The notes below the pieces were generated by a model. The model was not told the origin of the DNA. It saw nothing but the letters and a program-made list of their open reading frames with translations, and searched no databases. From assembly GCA_030704615.1 (NCBI GenBank), contig CM060731.1, positions 49,228,001 through 49,292,000 of the forward strand: a DNA stretch of 64,000 bases, in the 5' to 3' direction. Each line of letters begins with the position of its first letter. Within the stretch, counting starts at the first letter, position 1. Positions 1 to 13,117 of the stretch are shown one piece after another. Both the position numbers and the translations under genes were made by a program. This stretch comes from Takakia lepidozioides. Lineage: Eukaryota; Plantae; Bryophyta.

Positions 1-3000
1 TTCGGATGGAAAGCTCCTTCTCTGCGTCTGCTAGCACCTGAAACAAATGCAGGAATTATGAGACTCCCAATGGAGATATGAGCTGAAGGGCGTGGCCTCA
101 AGTCTGGCTTCATCAGCTGTTGGAAGATGACAAAAAGGGTGTCCACACCCGTTTAAATATAGTCATTACAGGTGCAGTTCATGCAATTTGTCTGTTACAC
201 AAATCTAGCACGAGTGTCCAGGCTCAGAATGCTCAAAAGTATGAAGCAGAACACAAATCCACCTCCCATATCAACCCTATACAAAACCTCACCTGAGCAT
301 CCCTCTCCACGCCAACTACTCCCTCCGCTGCTCCACACAGGACGCCTCCGTCTCCTTCAAAGCATCTGACCAGCTTCTTGCACTCCTCACTTTTCAGCTC
401 TGCAATCTCACCCATTTTCTCCACCTCTACAAGGACAACAAGATATCGGCGAGCAAGTTCCGGCCACGTAACCTCATTCAAAGGAAGGTCATCTCCAAAG
501 TCCATTGGCAAGGGCCGTACATTACGAATACGCTTCCTTCCCCTTTTCTTAGGCTCCCCAGACTCACCACTTGATGCCAACCCTGAAAGTCGGAACTTCA
601 GATCCAAGATAAGAAATTTCAGTAGGGGAATATGTGCATCAGCCACTATAACCAGACTCTGGCTCACTGTCCCATCCTGGAATGCAACCCTCTTTTCATC
701 TTGGGAGGGAAATTCCCCAAGTTGAGACACCTCCCCTCCATTTGCCTTGCTGGTCTTCACCGAAGCCTCCAAACTCGTATCCCCTTCTTTCATCCCTGCC
801 TGTAAGCTCTGTGATGTGGATTTCTCACCCCCCAGTTGAGTCGCCTCCATCACCTTCAGTGCTTTGAATACATTTGCTTCAATGAGCTTCAAGTCCTCCT
901 GACTCTCTCCCTCCACCAAATCAGCACCATGCCTTGAGGTTTTAACCTGTATTACAGCAGCATCATCACATCCACGACTTTCTCTCTCTCCTCTTTCTTT
1001 CTTTCTTTCTGCCACACCAAGCTTTGCATCTGCATGCTCATTGCCTCTGCCTCTCCCATCCTCAATTTCCTCTATCTTGTCCCTAGGCAGAACTGGCCCC
1101 ATATTAACCAGCCCCGCTTCCAAGTCCTGGAATGTAGGGAGTGATTCCTGCCCAATAACTTCAGAAAATCGACAAAGAAACTCCCATACCTGTAGAAACA
1201 GCATACTGTGTATGTTAGCTAAAAATTGTTGGAGGGCCCTCGATAGAGCAAGCTTGCATACTAATGATGCATAGTGATAGTTACCAGGGGCCTTTCACAC
1301 ACCAACAGATACTCCTTGGAGCTCCCCATGTGGTTTGTGCTGAGGCCCATCAGGTGTTTGCAGGAAGAAAGACCAAGGGTCACAGAAAGTCAATCTCAGA
1401 AAGTTGCTATATGTTATGATCATTCTGAAATCAGTACATGTAGGTCCCACTCACTCTCATCACCCACTAGAAAAACTTTCATCCCCAATGGGATCAAATG
1501 GCAGCTCATGCACTCGAAGGGCCTGCTATGGAAGTGCCAATCAAGTCACTTTCAGAAGAGATAGGAAAAGCGTTTCCTTCTCCCAAACAGCAAGTCCATC
1601 CATGCTCTTTGGTTGGATGGCCAAATTTTTTCAGGGGCTGCCATGGGGGAGCAGGTGGGGGAGCAAGGAGGAAAGGTGAGCCATATGTAAGTTGTTTAGT
1701 TGTTTTATATAGCAATATGCATCATCTGAAAGTTGACACTTAGGGGATTCATAGGCAAGGCTATCACTAACAAATGCAAGTGGACATACTTGAAGAAGGT
1801 CTCCAACCAGCTCAGAAGGAAGCCCTTTCCCAAGAGGCTGGCCAATGGGGGGTGGTCGTCGTTCTTCCATCAGTGGCACAATCTCATCCATCTCCCTGGA
1901 TGATGCATCTGTTCTAGGATCGTCGGAAATCTCTGGTGACAAACTCTCTGACATCCTCTCCATAACAACTGGTTCCAAAGTTGCTTTGCCTCTTACCCCC
2001 TCCCCATCTGCCAAGATGAAAACAAATATATTAATTAACTGGAATTCCAAACGTTTGTGGTAAGACATGCCATGGAAATAATTACATACTGAGTTTCACA
2101 GTATGTACATTTCTTGCAGTCTGCATCTGCATGCAATAAGCACAGAAGGCCACCATCAATATCGATTCTGCAATGCCAGTCAAAGTAGAGGTGTCAAGTG
2201 TCAACTCCTTGATAGGATGCAGAAAGAGAATTCCCTACTTGAAAGGAACACTAAGTTTTCCAGCCAGGCATATGTGCGAATATGACAACCCTCTTGGGAT
2301 CCTGCACACATGTACTAAATTTCTTCTCTCCGTTAGCGAACCCGAATTGCAAGCCACCCTCAAACTAAACATTACACAAGGCAGTGCAACCCAAATTGAA
2401 ATATCCACCCATAAGACAAAACAACTGAGATGGCAACTTTCTTACCAACATTATTGGGTAGTTTGGTTACCTGTTGCCACTACAGCAGATTTTTCCCTTG
2501 CCCTCTCCCGGATCCTTAAAGCCCGAGTAAAGGGTCGGTGGGCGGGCTGTTTAGCTTCTGTCTTCCTAATTTGACTCTCTTTATGAGCAAGAAGCTTCTG
2601 AGCAGCAAGTTTGTCAGCCCCTGGAAGAGCCTTGATCAACTCTTTAACTACTGGTAAATTTAGCCCAAACCGATCCATCCCCAATCTCTTCTCCAATGCT
2701 TGGTACACCAGGGCCTCTGTTATGTCAATCCCACCTGACTCCTTCTGCACCATCACTCGTGCCCCGCATGACTCCCTGTTGTCAACTGTATCTTTTCCAG
2801 TCTCCAAAACTGCCCAGCCTTCCAATCCATTGCCCACACCTGTTGGATTGATCATAGAATCTACTGCCCATCTGGATACTCCTACTTCACCAACCTCAGA
2901 TTGTTCAGGCCCTGATTTTGGGGTTAGGACTGAGGCACGTTTATCTGATGCAACAGTCAAATGCACTATCTGTACGGTCCTGTGCATTCCATGAGGGCAG

Positions 3001-6000
3001 ATAGACTGGAGAGTTTTCATTACTTCAGGGGACTTCTTGCAATGCTCTATGAACTGCTGACCAACCAGTCTCCATGCTTCATTTGGAGATCTTGCCTCCA
3101 CAGTGAAATCTCCGATTTCATCCCTCACCCCAAGGTTGGCATCCATTGTATCAACTGCAGTATCCAAGGAGACTATTTTCCCCAGCTTGCTGTACTCCTT
3201 AGGAATCACTATATCATCAACTTGGGGGTCCCCATTACCGTTTCTCTTTCCAACAAGGCCAACTTCCCCCTGCTTATGGATACACATATGACCGCCTGAA
3301 GGGTTTCCTTGTCCCTTAGTACATGTCAATGAACTTCTGTCTTTACTGCTGTCATTTTGGTCTATACTAACACTACTGGAAAGGATTTTTAGCTCTACAG
3401 GGAGTGCAACTCCTTGAGAGTCGTTTGCTTCCAAGGATACACAAAGGCCACTTCTTGCCTGTGTATCACTGCTCAAGTACTGGGCACTGGCAGGGACTAA
3501 TCCCTCAGCCTTTTCAGCAGCAAATTTGCAAGAGTCAACCCTATCAGAACCTCCTACTGCCTTTGCACCCTCTGTTCCACCAAATGTTATCAGCTGTGTA
3601 TGTCGTTGTCCTTTCACCACTTGTGTGAAAGAATTTCCATGCTTCATATCAACACTCCCTTCTCCAGAATTCCTGCCTGCCGCTGACAACATTCCCATCC
3701 CTGGAAAAGAGCAGTTTCCACAAGCATACCCCCTTCTGCCTGAGGACGTACCAGTTCCAGCACCCTGGACAAACTCTGATGACGCCAAGCATGATTTTCT
3801 AGTAACCCGAAAAATCGGCCCTGACTCTCCACCATCCGCAACCTCACTAATGCAAAATGAAGCAGTCTCAGAGTCATGCCAAGTTGACCGGTATCCAATG
3901 GGCCAGATGTAATCATCATCGAAATAACTAAGCCGTAAATCCACTGCTCCAAGCTCTTCAATGATCAGCTCTCCGCAGGCAAGGGGTAGTGCCTTCTGCA
4001 TCAACAGTTTACCTATGCAAAGAATGAGAAACTGGCATACCAGGAGAGTCTAAGGGATGAGTGTTTACATGGAACAAACCTAAGAACATGTGTTCCTCAG
4101 TCCCTGCCAAGACCCTCTGACCTATCACCATTGGCCTGCACCTCCCATACAAGCAGATGAGAAAATTTTCTTGACAGTGCATACATGTCTGGGATAGGCC
4201 TTAAGCAAGATTCCAGAAATATAGGCCAACAAAGAAAGGTGCATAAGGTGTAGGCATCAGTCTTCCCAACTCACCTCCACATCATGCTTGGTAGTGTCCA
4301 TATTTGTAGTGTCACAGTACCCACCACTTTTGTTTCGTTTTGTCTTTGGACCCTCCTTCCCCTCCGAAAGCCCAAGATACCGAGCCACCTCCAGCCTTGA
4401 TCTGAGCTTGCATTTATCAGGTGAAACATAGTACTTATCTGCTGCACCACTGCTTCTCCTCCGGATTACTACGTCCCAGCCTTCCCCAAGATTCCCCTGT
4501 TTTCCAGCTATGAAGCCCTGCAGCTGCTGTAAAGTCTCCTTTCTCTCCTTTTCCAGTTCGGTGACCTTTGTTTCATTTTCTGTCCAAAGCCAGCTAGGTG
4601 CCCCATTACCAGAAAGTTCCACATAATTTGACTTGGATGTCTTAATGTCGATTGGTGGGTTTGGTTTCAATAGAGGGCTACTTTGGATGGAAAGTTGCTG
4701 CAAAATCTCCTTTCTCCCCTTTTCCACATCCTCAGCCTTTGCTGCTGTTCCCCCAAACAAACAGCTAGGTGATTTCACATGCCTTGATTTGGATGCAGGT
4801 GGGGTTGTTTTCAATTGAAGGCTAGCTTCGACAGGCACAAATTTGGGAATGACCCTGTTAATCACAGCCAGAAAAGATTTTAGGCTAGTCTGTTAACCTT
4901 TAGCGCAACATTGGAATAAATATATCCCTAGCCACAAAGGAACTCAAAACCAGCAAAGTATTCATGTGCATTGGAGGTTTCATACAAAACTTCGTTGATT
5001 TCCTCTACAAACAGTGAGCAAGCTCCCTTAAAGGAGAAGAGAAATAGAACCACACAGTTGGATGGCTGCTTGTTATGATGAGCTGACAAGTCAGTCTTGC
5101 CTAGAAAATTTCGTTAATTTCACTATTACATAAGAATGAGTTCAGTTGCTTCAGCTTAGATTCCTTGAAAACACGTCCTAAGCTTCCACGATGAAGACCC
5201 AAGTCTAGGAAAGGGTCAGAAATTAATTACCTCATTGAATGGGTAAGTCCACCCTGTCCATGGCCACTGCTACTGCACCCAGGCTCTACGTTCACAAAAC
5301 TCTCAGCCTTTGTGTCTCTACTTTGCTTCATCTCCATGACATCTCGTTGCCCAGGACAGCCTCTTGGAAGCTTTCTTGAAGTACCCCCTCTGCAGAAGCG
5401 AAGCTTGGCACCATAGTGGCTCTCTTCACTTTCATTTTTCTCTGTCCACTTTTCAACACCAATCCCCACTGTCTCTGCCTCAGAACTCAATTTTACCTTG
5501 CCCAGAGGCCAGCTATCAATTCCTTCCCCAACAGCACATAGTGTACATTGCCATCTGTCAAGCTCTAGAACCTGCTTAGGCAGGAGCTTTACACAATCGA
5601 CATGAGAAATTTTCTCACAGTTGTCGCACACAATGGTGTTTTCCAGGCTTTGGGGCTTGTTACAGCACTGGCACTCCTCATCATCGGGTCCTGTGACCCC
5701 AGGGAAGACAGCGGCAGGACAAGTTGCTTGCTTTTGTAATCCATGCACTCTCATCACAACAGCCAAAGCCTCTCTGGCCTCCAAGGAACTCCCTTCCTTA
5801 CATATTTCTGTACCAAGCCACACCCAGGAAATGGAACAACTTCTGAACCTTGTCTCATAACAGAAGATTAGACAGAAGATTAGAAGCAGATTACAGTGAC
5901 CATTTTGCTAAAATATGCCAAGTAGACAGCATCCAAGAATGATTCCAAAGTGATATTACTGGTGAAACTCACATACCCTGTTTTTGTGAGACCAATTTCT

Positions 6001-6085
6001 CGCTATTGCTTCCTCCCGCATCCAGAGCACCACTGAGTGACCCTCCCCTTTTACCGGCACTCCCGAGGGACTGGGGCGAAAGCAA
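1..6085 (-). CDS. MBD9: Methyl-CpG-binding domain protein 9-like (PHD, MBD, FYRN/FYRC, DDT); multi-exon, 3' end outside window, 5' end uncertain (possible upstream exon to ~8141)
   Basis: Exon ORFs give a PHD finger (CQCCNK...CDNCEKISHVDC...WQCTLC, 5227-5823), MBD (GWDVVIRRRSSGAADKYYVSPDKCKLRSRLEVARYLG, 4257-4865), FYRN/FYRC (IWPIGYRSTWHD; SPNEAW...DRFGLNLPVVKELIKALPG, 2451-4004), DDT-like LVGDLLQ|VWEFLCRFSEVIG and LPLNEVTWPELARRY. This domain order matches plant MBD9. GT-AG introns join the exons. Confidence 0.88.
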
Positions 6086-9000
6086 CTGCAAGCCACCATT
6101 CAAATGTCCATGTCACCTTCCCACCTCCTGCATCTTGCTACTCTACATTTTCTCTCCACGTTATTTATCTCATTCTAAATCAACTTCAAGGCAGCCCTCG
6201 ACAAGACTGGAGTCCTTGCAACCCTCCCAAGTAACTGGTTTTCTAAACATCTACTTCTGCACAGTTATCCTTCAAATTCATCATTGTGAGTGTATGCTCC
6301 TGCAACTATGCACCCTGAACAAGGATGGCACCTTCTACTCTATTTTCCCCCATTTTCCTCACCTCTTGCAACTGAGTGTGTGAATCAAGATCTGTGTGAG
6401 AAGACACTTCAGAGACCAAATGCCTGCTTTCCACCCTCCCTGTCTCCATCTTCTCTGGCAAACCTGTCTGACTACTTTCCACACCAATGTGGGCTCTCTC
6501 TCAGATAACATTTGTTGCCAATCAACTCATTCCGCATATAGTCTGGGCTCGAAGAATCAGTAGGTGTCAATAAACTCAAAATGCAATCTACTTCTCCACA
6601 TCACACGGTTTCTCCTTTCCATCAAAACCTCCACTTTTCAAAAGCCCTGTTCACCATCTCAGGCAGTCGCTTCCATCGACCCTCACTCAGAGGGCCCTAT
6701 AACACATGTTTCTTGTTGACATCCACTGTGTCTCCCGCCACAGGGCGTTCATCAGCTCCACTTGGCACAGCTTGTCGCTGCTTGCTGTTACCTCTCCCTC
6801 TGAAAGGTCCATCCCAGTATTACTGTCACACAATCCTCACAGATCTCTTTCTTGAAAGAAGTAAAAGGGTGTGATGCACCATTTCCCTCATCACCAGTAG
6901 CCTCATGCTTTCGAATGTAGTGCCAACAACAAACCTAGAACACTACTGTGGTATGAGCGAAGAAACATTGAGCAGAAGTGAACACTTGTGACTTCATTGC
7001 CCTTATAATCTATACAAAATGACTTCAACGCCATACACATCTCCTACCCAAAGACAGCACGTCTGCCACAGAAGAATAAATGATCACTATGTTGACCAGG
7101 TGAGGTCACCAAGATGTAAGGTAACAGCATACTGAGGACAGGCTGTGAGATAAGCTGGCATCCCGGCGTTACCTACAAGAATTTCTTGAAAAAAGTAACA
7201 TGCATGTGTAAAGTTCTCATACTCAGAGCTGCCACCAGGTCACATTGCGGATTCACCCGCTGCCACAAATCGGGTTCTCACTTTGCAGGGGTTTCCTAAA
7301 AATAATAGAGGGGACCTTTGCTACCTCAATCTCCCACCCAAACTGCTGAGGCTTCGGCTTGCAAGCCTATAGCCTCATGAGCATCCAGATCAGGCCCCTG
7401 ACTGAGGCGACATTGAAGCCACCGGTTAGCCTACCTCCAGATGCATGGCAATAATGACCTGGTTTTCTGGCCACATGCTTTGGTAGCTTTAATTATGTTC
7501 TGCCCCTGAGCTGTAAGTCATTGAACAGGACTTTTCCTTGGCTAGATGAATCTAGGTGCGAGACTTCATGAACCCCTCGTGAAATTTGGGAATGATACTA
7601 GAGTTGTTCAGCACTGAGGGAAGACAGACAGAGAAACAAAGAAAGGCTGTTTTCTTTGAGTTTCCAAGGCGATCCGGCCAAAGACTGTCCTCTCGTTCCT
7701 ACTGTCCAATTAACAGTTGAGATTTGTCTTGTCTCAACTATAGTTCCAGAACGTCCCAGCCAATCCATCCAAGCGTCCGGCTTTGAATTAAGTCCCCGGC
7801 TTTGATTTTTCTTTCACACTTCCACTTCACATTGATAGAAAAGCTCTGAATCGTGAAATTGGGGAAACTATTGCTCTTCTAGCACATAAACAGAAGGGGA
7901 ACACACAGGCAGTGACGAGAATTCCAAAACCTACTCCGCTTCCTTTGTGGAAGATTCTCATTCCTACCTTAAGACAGAGAAGAAGCGCCGCAAATTACTG
8001 CCTCCACAGCAGAATGCATGCAAGGAAACCTCGAAGACAAAGACATGGAGTCCAGCATCCTGACACCGAGTCCCGGTACCTGGGAACGATCTCAGAGCTT
8101 GTGAATGGTCGGGTAGGAGGCTTGCCCTCCTGCAACATCATCCACGAAGCACCAACATGCTGCACACACCCCCGCGATGCCAGACCGCACACACGCCCAC
8201 GCACACGCACGCTCCAACCTTGGGTTCCAAACTGATCGCCCTAGTTAGCATGCTGCCACGCGCCAGTCCACCATTGCGTATTGTAAAGTGACCCTACTCT
8301 GAAACTCGCTCCTCGCTGCAACGTAGCCAATGCAGAAGCGCCACGTTTGATAAATAGATTCCACTACGTAACCGCGAGTCATATAGGAAGGCGGGAACGC
8401 TTGAAGAGCCCCGCTATTATTTGCCCTCACGTGTACATTTATACACTTTTTGTTTTTCTATTTTCGGCAGATGCCAAAAATCAGATTATATGTCAGGAAA
8501 ACAATTTTGTTAAAAACAAATGTTTTTCAGAAATAAGGCATACAAAATGGGGCACAGCCAGAAAAAGACACCAACAAAGTTGACAGGAAGAGACAAATGG
8601 AGAAGAGAGAGGAATCCGGCCGGGTGGACCCTAGTAAAATGGAGAAGACATAAGACTGCATGACGAGAGCTGATAAGAAAAGAGGAAGAGACTAATAACA
8701 CTTGTGCTAGGCTAGCCAAAGTCCAACAGGGCCATAAGCTTTCCATTCCTAATCTTTCTATGTCGCCAGTTAACCTCAGACTCCTCTGTGTCAGCTGGGA
8801 AAGCTTTGGAGTTAATTGGGCTTCCATTCACCCGCAAGGGGAAGAGGCTCTTATTTACACTAACTTTGGTTGGCATCATATATATGTGAATATATATGGC
8901 TTGCATTCTCGAATCGCTAGACAATGTGATTCTCGAAGAAGAGCTCCTGGTGCAGAGGATGCATGCTGCCTTCGCCCCAAGTTGCGTCGAAGTCAGCGAT

Positions 9001-9199
9001 AAGGTCAGCTACCCATCTTTCAGAACATTTGGGAAGTGCTGCAAGCAACACCCTCCAAGCCTTCCTTACCCTCAATCATAAGATCCGCTAGGATGGAGCA
9101 CAAAATCAATATCCCTGTTTTCAAAGAGAAGAATGCGACTTCTAAATCTACCAGATGTCTCAGTGAGCCGGAAAAACTTTTTTTTTCTAGAAAAGAGAC

Positions 9200-9700
9200 T
9201 GAGCATCATATTAAGAGGGGGGTTATGGAAAAAATAACAATAACCCTGGGCCAAGAGGCTTACATAGAGATAGCCCAGGTTGAGGGGCTGCTGACAAAGC
9301 CTTAGCTTTCAACCTTCATCTCTTTCGGTTAATATCTCCGAAATTGGGGCAAACCCATAAGCCCAGTAGCATTGCCATTTCGTATATTCCTTGTCAGTAC
9401 CTAGCTTCCCTTCCAGAAATCGGAGTGACTATGTATGCTGTCGTAGTGTATTTGATCCAGAAGCCAGTAACTCCAATGGTGGCAGAGATGACCGGCTGGG
9501 ACAGTTTTTCTAACACCAGTCCGGGTGGGGAAATTTGCGCATTGAAAATTGTGGTGCTCATGCATGAGTCTGCCTCCATTCCTCGTTACATCAAGTTGCC
9601 CTCCCTTGTCACAAGTTGCGGTGTGTGAAGGGCAGTTCAATGTCATGTGCCATGGCTGTAACGGAGCAGGTCATTTCAAAGCAGACTGTCTGATTTCGAA
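9200..9700 (+). mobile_element. Degenerate L1-type ORF1 (gag-like) relic; may extend ~8600-10900
   Basis: AISYIPCQYLASLPEIG...LKIVVLMHESASIPRYIKLPSL aligns with AIPFLPPTYLTSLPEIG...PKLVVLMPDNAKIGSSIKLPTL of the L1 ORF1 at 46203-47117. It is followed by a CCHC knuckle CHGCNGAGHFKADC (9648-9689) after a stop/frameshift. Confidence 0.7.
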
Positions 9701-11055
9701 TAGGGAGGAGTAGGGACAGAAGTGATAGCTGGAGAAATTGGGAGCAGACGTTCTAGAGTCTGCCTTTGAGAGCCTCTCACCCCTCCTCCCTGTGTTAACC
9801 CTGGCTATTAACAATTAAGCCATCTTTCTACTTCTACTGTTGGGGCTGTCCCTCTGACTGTCCCTCTGGCCAAACGGCAGTGTACCCCAACCAAGGGGCT
9901 GGTTTCTCCCTCTCCCTCTCAGATCAGGACTTCTCCTGCGGCCTCCTAACTCGGAAACTCTCTGATTCCCCGTGTGTTGCTAATTGGGCAACTTTGGGCA
10001 GCCTCCAGGCTCCCTTTGAATGACAATCTGGAGACTAGATGTTTGCGACTAAGGTTGTTCTTCAATACGATCACCTCAATTCGGGCTCCATGTGGGTGAC
10101 AAGGAAAACTAAGAAATTATTTGGTGACTCCAATCATCTACCGCCAGGGGCCTTCTGGCGCACTGTGCAGGTCTCTCCAACATCTGGGCAACTGACTCTC
10201 ATCAGTTGAAGTTCTCAGGCCCATTGCAAGAAATTGCTTGGTTCTTGATAAGCTCCATGCAGGGCCTTAACAGATTTGCTCTATTACTGCTCACTTTGGG
10301 TCCTATCTTGAAGCCAGCAAACTCCATTCCGAGTTTTGTATTGTGCAGGTATGGATGATTCGGACCTGACTTCTGTGGCCAGACTTGTAGCTTGGGATAG
10401 TATCCCCTCCCAAATCTTGGCCTCTCAATCCTCTACTCTCAAAAAGTCTAGAGCTTCGATCCTCCCTTTGAAGGTCTTCAAGAGATGTCTCAAATACCTG
10501 GTTTGGCACCAGGGGACTAGTCACATACCCCAGGCGAGACTCTGAACAACTGGAAATTTGGGAGACAAAATGGAGTGCCTTGGCCCTGCTTGTAAGCTTT
10601 CAACATTGTACCATGGGACATGGTTGAAGCCTCATATGTCAAAGCTGAAGATGTTACCGGTTGAGGGTCGTCGCAGTCTCTCAACTGCCATTTGCCCTAA
10701 ATTGCATAGCGCTTGATGATTCCCTTGTTCCACATTTTTGCTGCCAACTTTGGGCCCTTCAACCCCTTACCTTTCAGGATAATCTCATGCCCAAGTTCAG
10801 GAATTTCTCCTTAACTTCACTGCAGTATGTAATCATACTTGAATCATGACAGTCCCCATGGGTAGCTCAAAGAAACTGCACTATTGAGTGTCGTGTCTTT
10901 GAAGATGCAGAGTCAACTCTGAGTTGAAAGCTAGCCCAAAATCAGATTTCGAGGTGACCATACCCTTTGTGAGGACTTTGACTAGCACATTCCTTGACAA
11001 AAAACTTTTGAATGTGAAAAATCCTTTCTATGAACTTCACTCTCTTCAGCATGAT

Positions 11056-12942
11056 TTAGATCACTTTTGATAAAACTTCTAATGCACGTTCTGCAACCTC
11101 GACATTGCCATGGATTCTGCAGGCGCCAAGCAAGGCTGTCCACACCCCCACACCCGGTTTGATTGGCATTTTGTTAATGAAGTCCTCTGCCTCGTCCAGA
11201 CGACCTGCACGGCCGAGAAGGTCCACCATGCAGCCAAAATGCTCCACCGTAGGAGTGAGGCCATGATTTTGACTCATCAAATAAAAGTAGCGGCAACCTT
11301 CCTTCAATAGACCCACATGGCTACATGCAGATAGAACAGATATAAAGGTGATACCATTTGGCTTCAAACCCTTTCGTTGCATTTGTTCAAAGAGTTGCAG
11401 GGCCTCTCTACCACACCCGTGTTGGGCACATCCTGCAATCATTGCAGTCCATGAGACCACATCTCGTTGAGACATACTGTTAAACACTTGTCGCGCATCC
11501 TTCATACTCCCACATTTGGCATACATGTCAACAAGGGCATTCTCCAAGTTGATATTTGGAGCAATTCTACTTCTGCTGATATCAGCATGGACCAGCTTGC
11601 CCTTTTCCAAGGCTCCTAGGCTGGCACATGCATTGAGAACACAAATGAATGTGATGCTGTCAGGCATCACCCCCTCCCCATGCATTTGCTCATAGATCCT
11701 ACAAGCCTCCCTACCACACCCCTGCTGAGTATATCCTGCGATCATTGCACTCCATGAGACCACGTCTCGTTTACACATGTTGTCGAACACTTGACATGCA
11801 TCCTTCATGCTCCCGCATTTGGCAAACATGTCAACAAGGGCATTCTCCAGAATATTATTTAGCTCAATTCCGCTTCTGCTGATGTTAGAATGGACCCGCT
11901 TCCCCTTTTCTAGGGATCCTAGGCTGGCACAGGCCTTCAGGACACTAGTGAAAGTGAACCTGTCAGGTGTTTCACCTTCCCGTTGCATTTGCTCATAGAT
12001 TTCAAAAGCCTCCCTACCACACCCATGCTGACCATATCCTGCAATCATAGCATTCCATGAGACTACATCTCGTTGAGCCATGTCGTCAAATACTTGACGC
12101 GCATCCTTCATGCTTCCACATTTGGCATACATGTTGACAAGGGTATTCTCTAAATTAATATACGATGCAATTCCAGCTTTGATGATGTCAGCATGGACAT
12201 CTCTGCCCTTTTCCAGGGCTCCAAGGCTGGCACATGCATTGAGAACACAAATGAACGTGACCCTGTTGGGCATCACCCTTTCCCGTTGCATCTGTTCATA
12301 GATCTTAAAAGCCTTCCTACCACACCCATGCCTGGCATATCCTGCTATCATAATAGTCCACGTAAATATATCTCGTTCAGGCATTTTGTCAAACACTTTG
12401 CGTGCATCCACAATGCTCCCACACTTGGCATACATCTTGACAAGGGTGTTGAGTAGAAAGATGTTTGGCTCCAATCCAGTTTTTAAAATATGGGCATGCA
12501 CCTGCTTTCCTTCGGCCAGGTCTTTCATGTCAATGCATTCCTGCAAGAGACACACATATGTATTCGAGTCTGCCTGAATGTTTCTCGTGTTCGACATGTG
12601 CTGCACCTCTTTCAGTCGTCCTGCCTCCCATGCGATCCTCCCATCTTTATTGTTCAGTTCCTCTCTTGGTCTACCACTGCAACTAGCCTGATGGGCAACA
12701 AACAACTCTGCCTCATTCCACCCTGCTATCCAACTGTATCCTTGCCTTGGACCTCCGTGATATACATCAACACTAGAAAAATCGACAGGTTGTGCTGGAC
12801 CTTGTATCCTAACAGCTAGCTCCGCATTCACCCAAGGTTGGTTTGGCCAACTCTCAATCCAAAGGACATCCTTCGTGTGCTTGCCTCTGACGTCTGGTGC
12901 TCTTGGATGCGCGGTCAGGAGAACGCCGGAAGTCGCTGCCAT
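11056..12942 (-). CDS. Intronless PLS-class pentatricopeptide repeat protein ending in a truncated E1 motif (no E2/DYW)
   Basis: L-S-(P-L-S)x3-P2-L2-S2 repeats with 303-bp periodicity (MYAKCGS, VVSWNAMIAG, HFGCMVDLLGRAG), then VWTALLGACRIHGNVEVAERALEVLSKVI-stop. The start is placed at MAATSG (12942) because the upstream ATGs lie in a TE fragment. Confidence 0.9.
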   Translation of the reverse strand: MAATSGVLLTAHPRAPDVRGKHTKDVLWIESWPNQPWVNAELAVRIQGPAQPVDFSSVDVYHGGPRQGYSWIAGWNEAELFVAHQASCSGRPREELNNKDGRIAWEAGRLKEVQHMSNTRNIQADSNTYVCLLQECIDMKDLAEGKQVHAHILKTGLEPNIFLLNTLVKMYAKCGSIVDARKVFDKMPERDIFTWTIMIAGYARHGCGRKAFKIYEQMQRERVMPNRVTFICVLNACASLGALEKGRDVHADIIKAGIASYINLENTLVNMYAKCGSMKDARQVFDDMAQRDVVSWNAMIAGYGQHGCGREAFEIYEQMQREGETPDRFTFTSVLKACASLGSLEKGKRVHSNISRSGIELNNILENALVDMFAKCGSMKDACQVFDNMCKRDVVSWSAMIAGYTQQGCGREACRIYEQMHGEGVMPDSITFICVLNACASLGALEKGKLVHADISRSRIAPNINLENALVDMYAKCGSMKDARQVFNSMSQRDVVSWTAMIAGCAQHGCGREALQLFEQMQRKGLKPNGITFISVLSACSHVGLLKEGCRYFYLMSQNHGLTPTVEHFGCMVDLLGRAGRLDEAEDFINKMPIKPGVGVWTALLGACRIHGNVEVAERALEVLSKVI

Positions 12943-12952
12943 CCCCGTCCGA

Positions 12953-13117
12953 TGGGTGGGCGGCCTGAAGACAATATCCATTTTCTGATACAATGTCCGG
13001 GGAATTCTCATCAGAAAGTGACCCTCTCTTCAGAACCATCAAGAACATACTCCCTGCACCTCTGTTCGCCAACTTTCCAAGTCTAGACGCTCAGCCTGAG
13101 CCCTGACCCTGTTGCGG
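12953..13117 (+). mobile_element. Short fragment of the RTE-X-like LINE family (zinc-finger region)
   Basis: EDNIHFLIQCPGNSHQ matches EDSIHFLIHCPGFSHQ of the LINE C-terminus (14485-15345); the nucleotide sequence is colinear with ~14700-14855 (minus) and with the copy at 32385-32716. Confidence 0.8.

Noticed and set aside
11807-12577. Repeated plus-strand ORFs (MLPHLA...CICS)
   Set aside because: Antisense shadows of the 303-bp PLS triplets of the PPR gene.
12943-13011. PPR start at 13011 as given by the ORF track
   Set aside because: It lies within an antisense LINE fragment, so 12942 is preferred pending transcript data.
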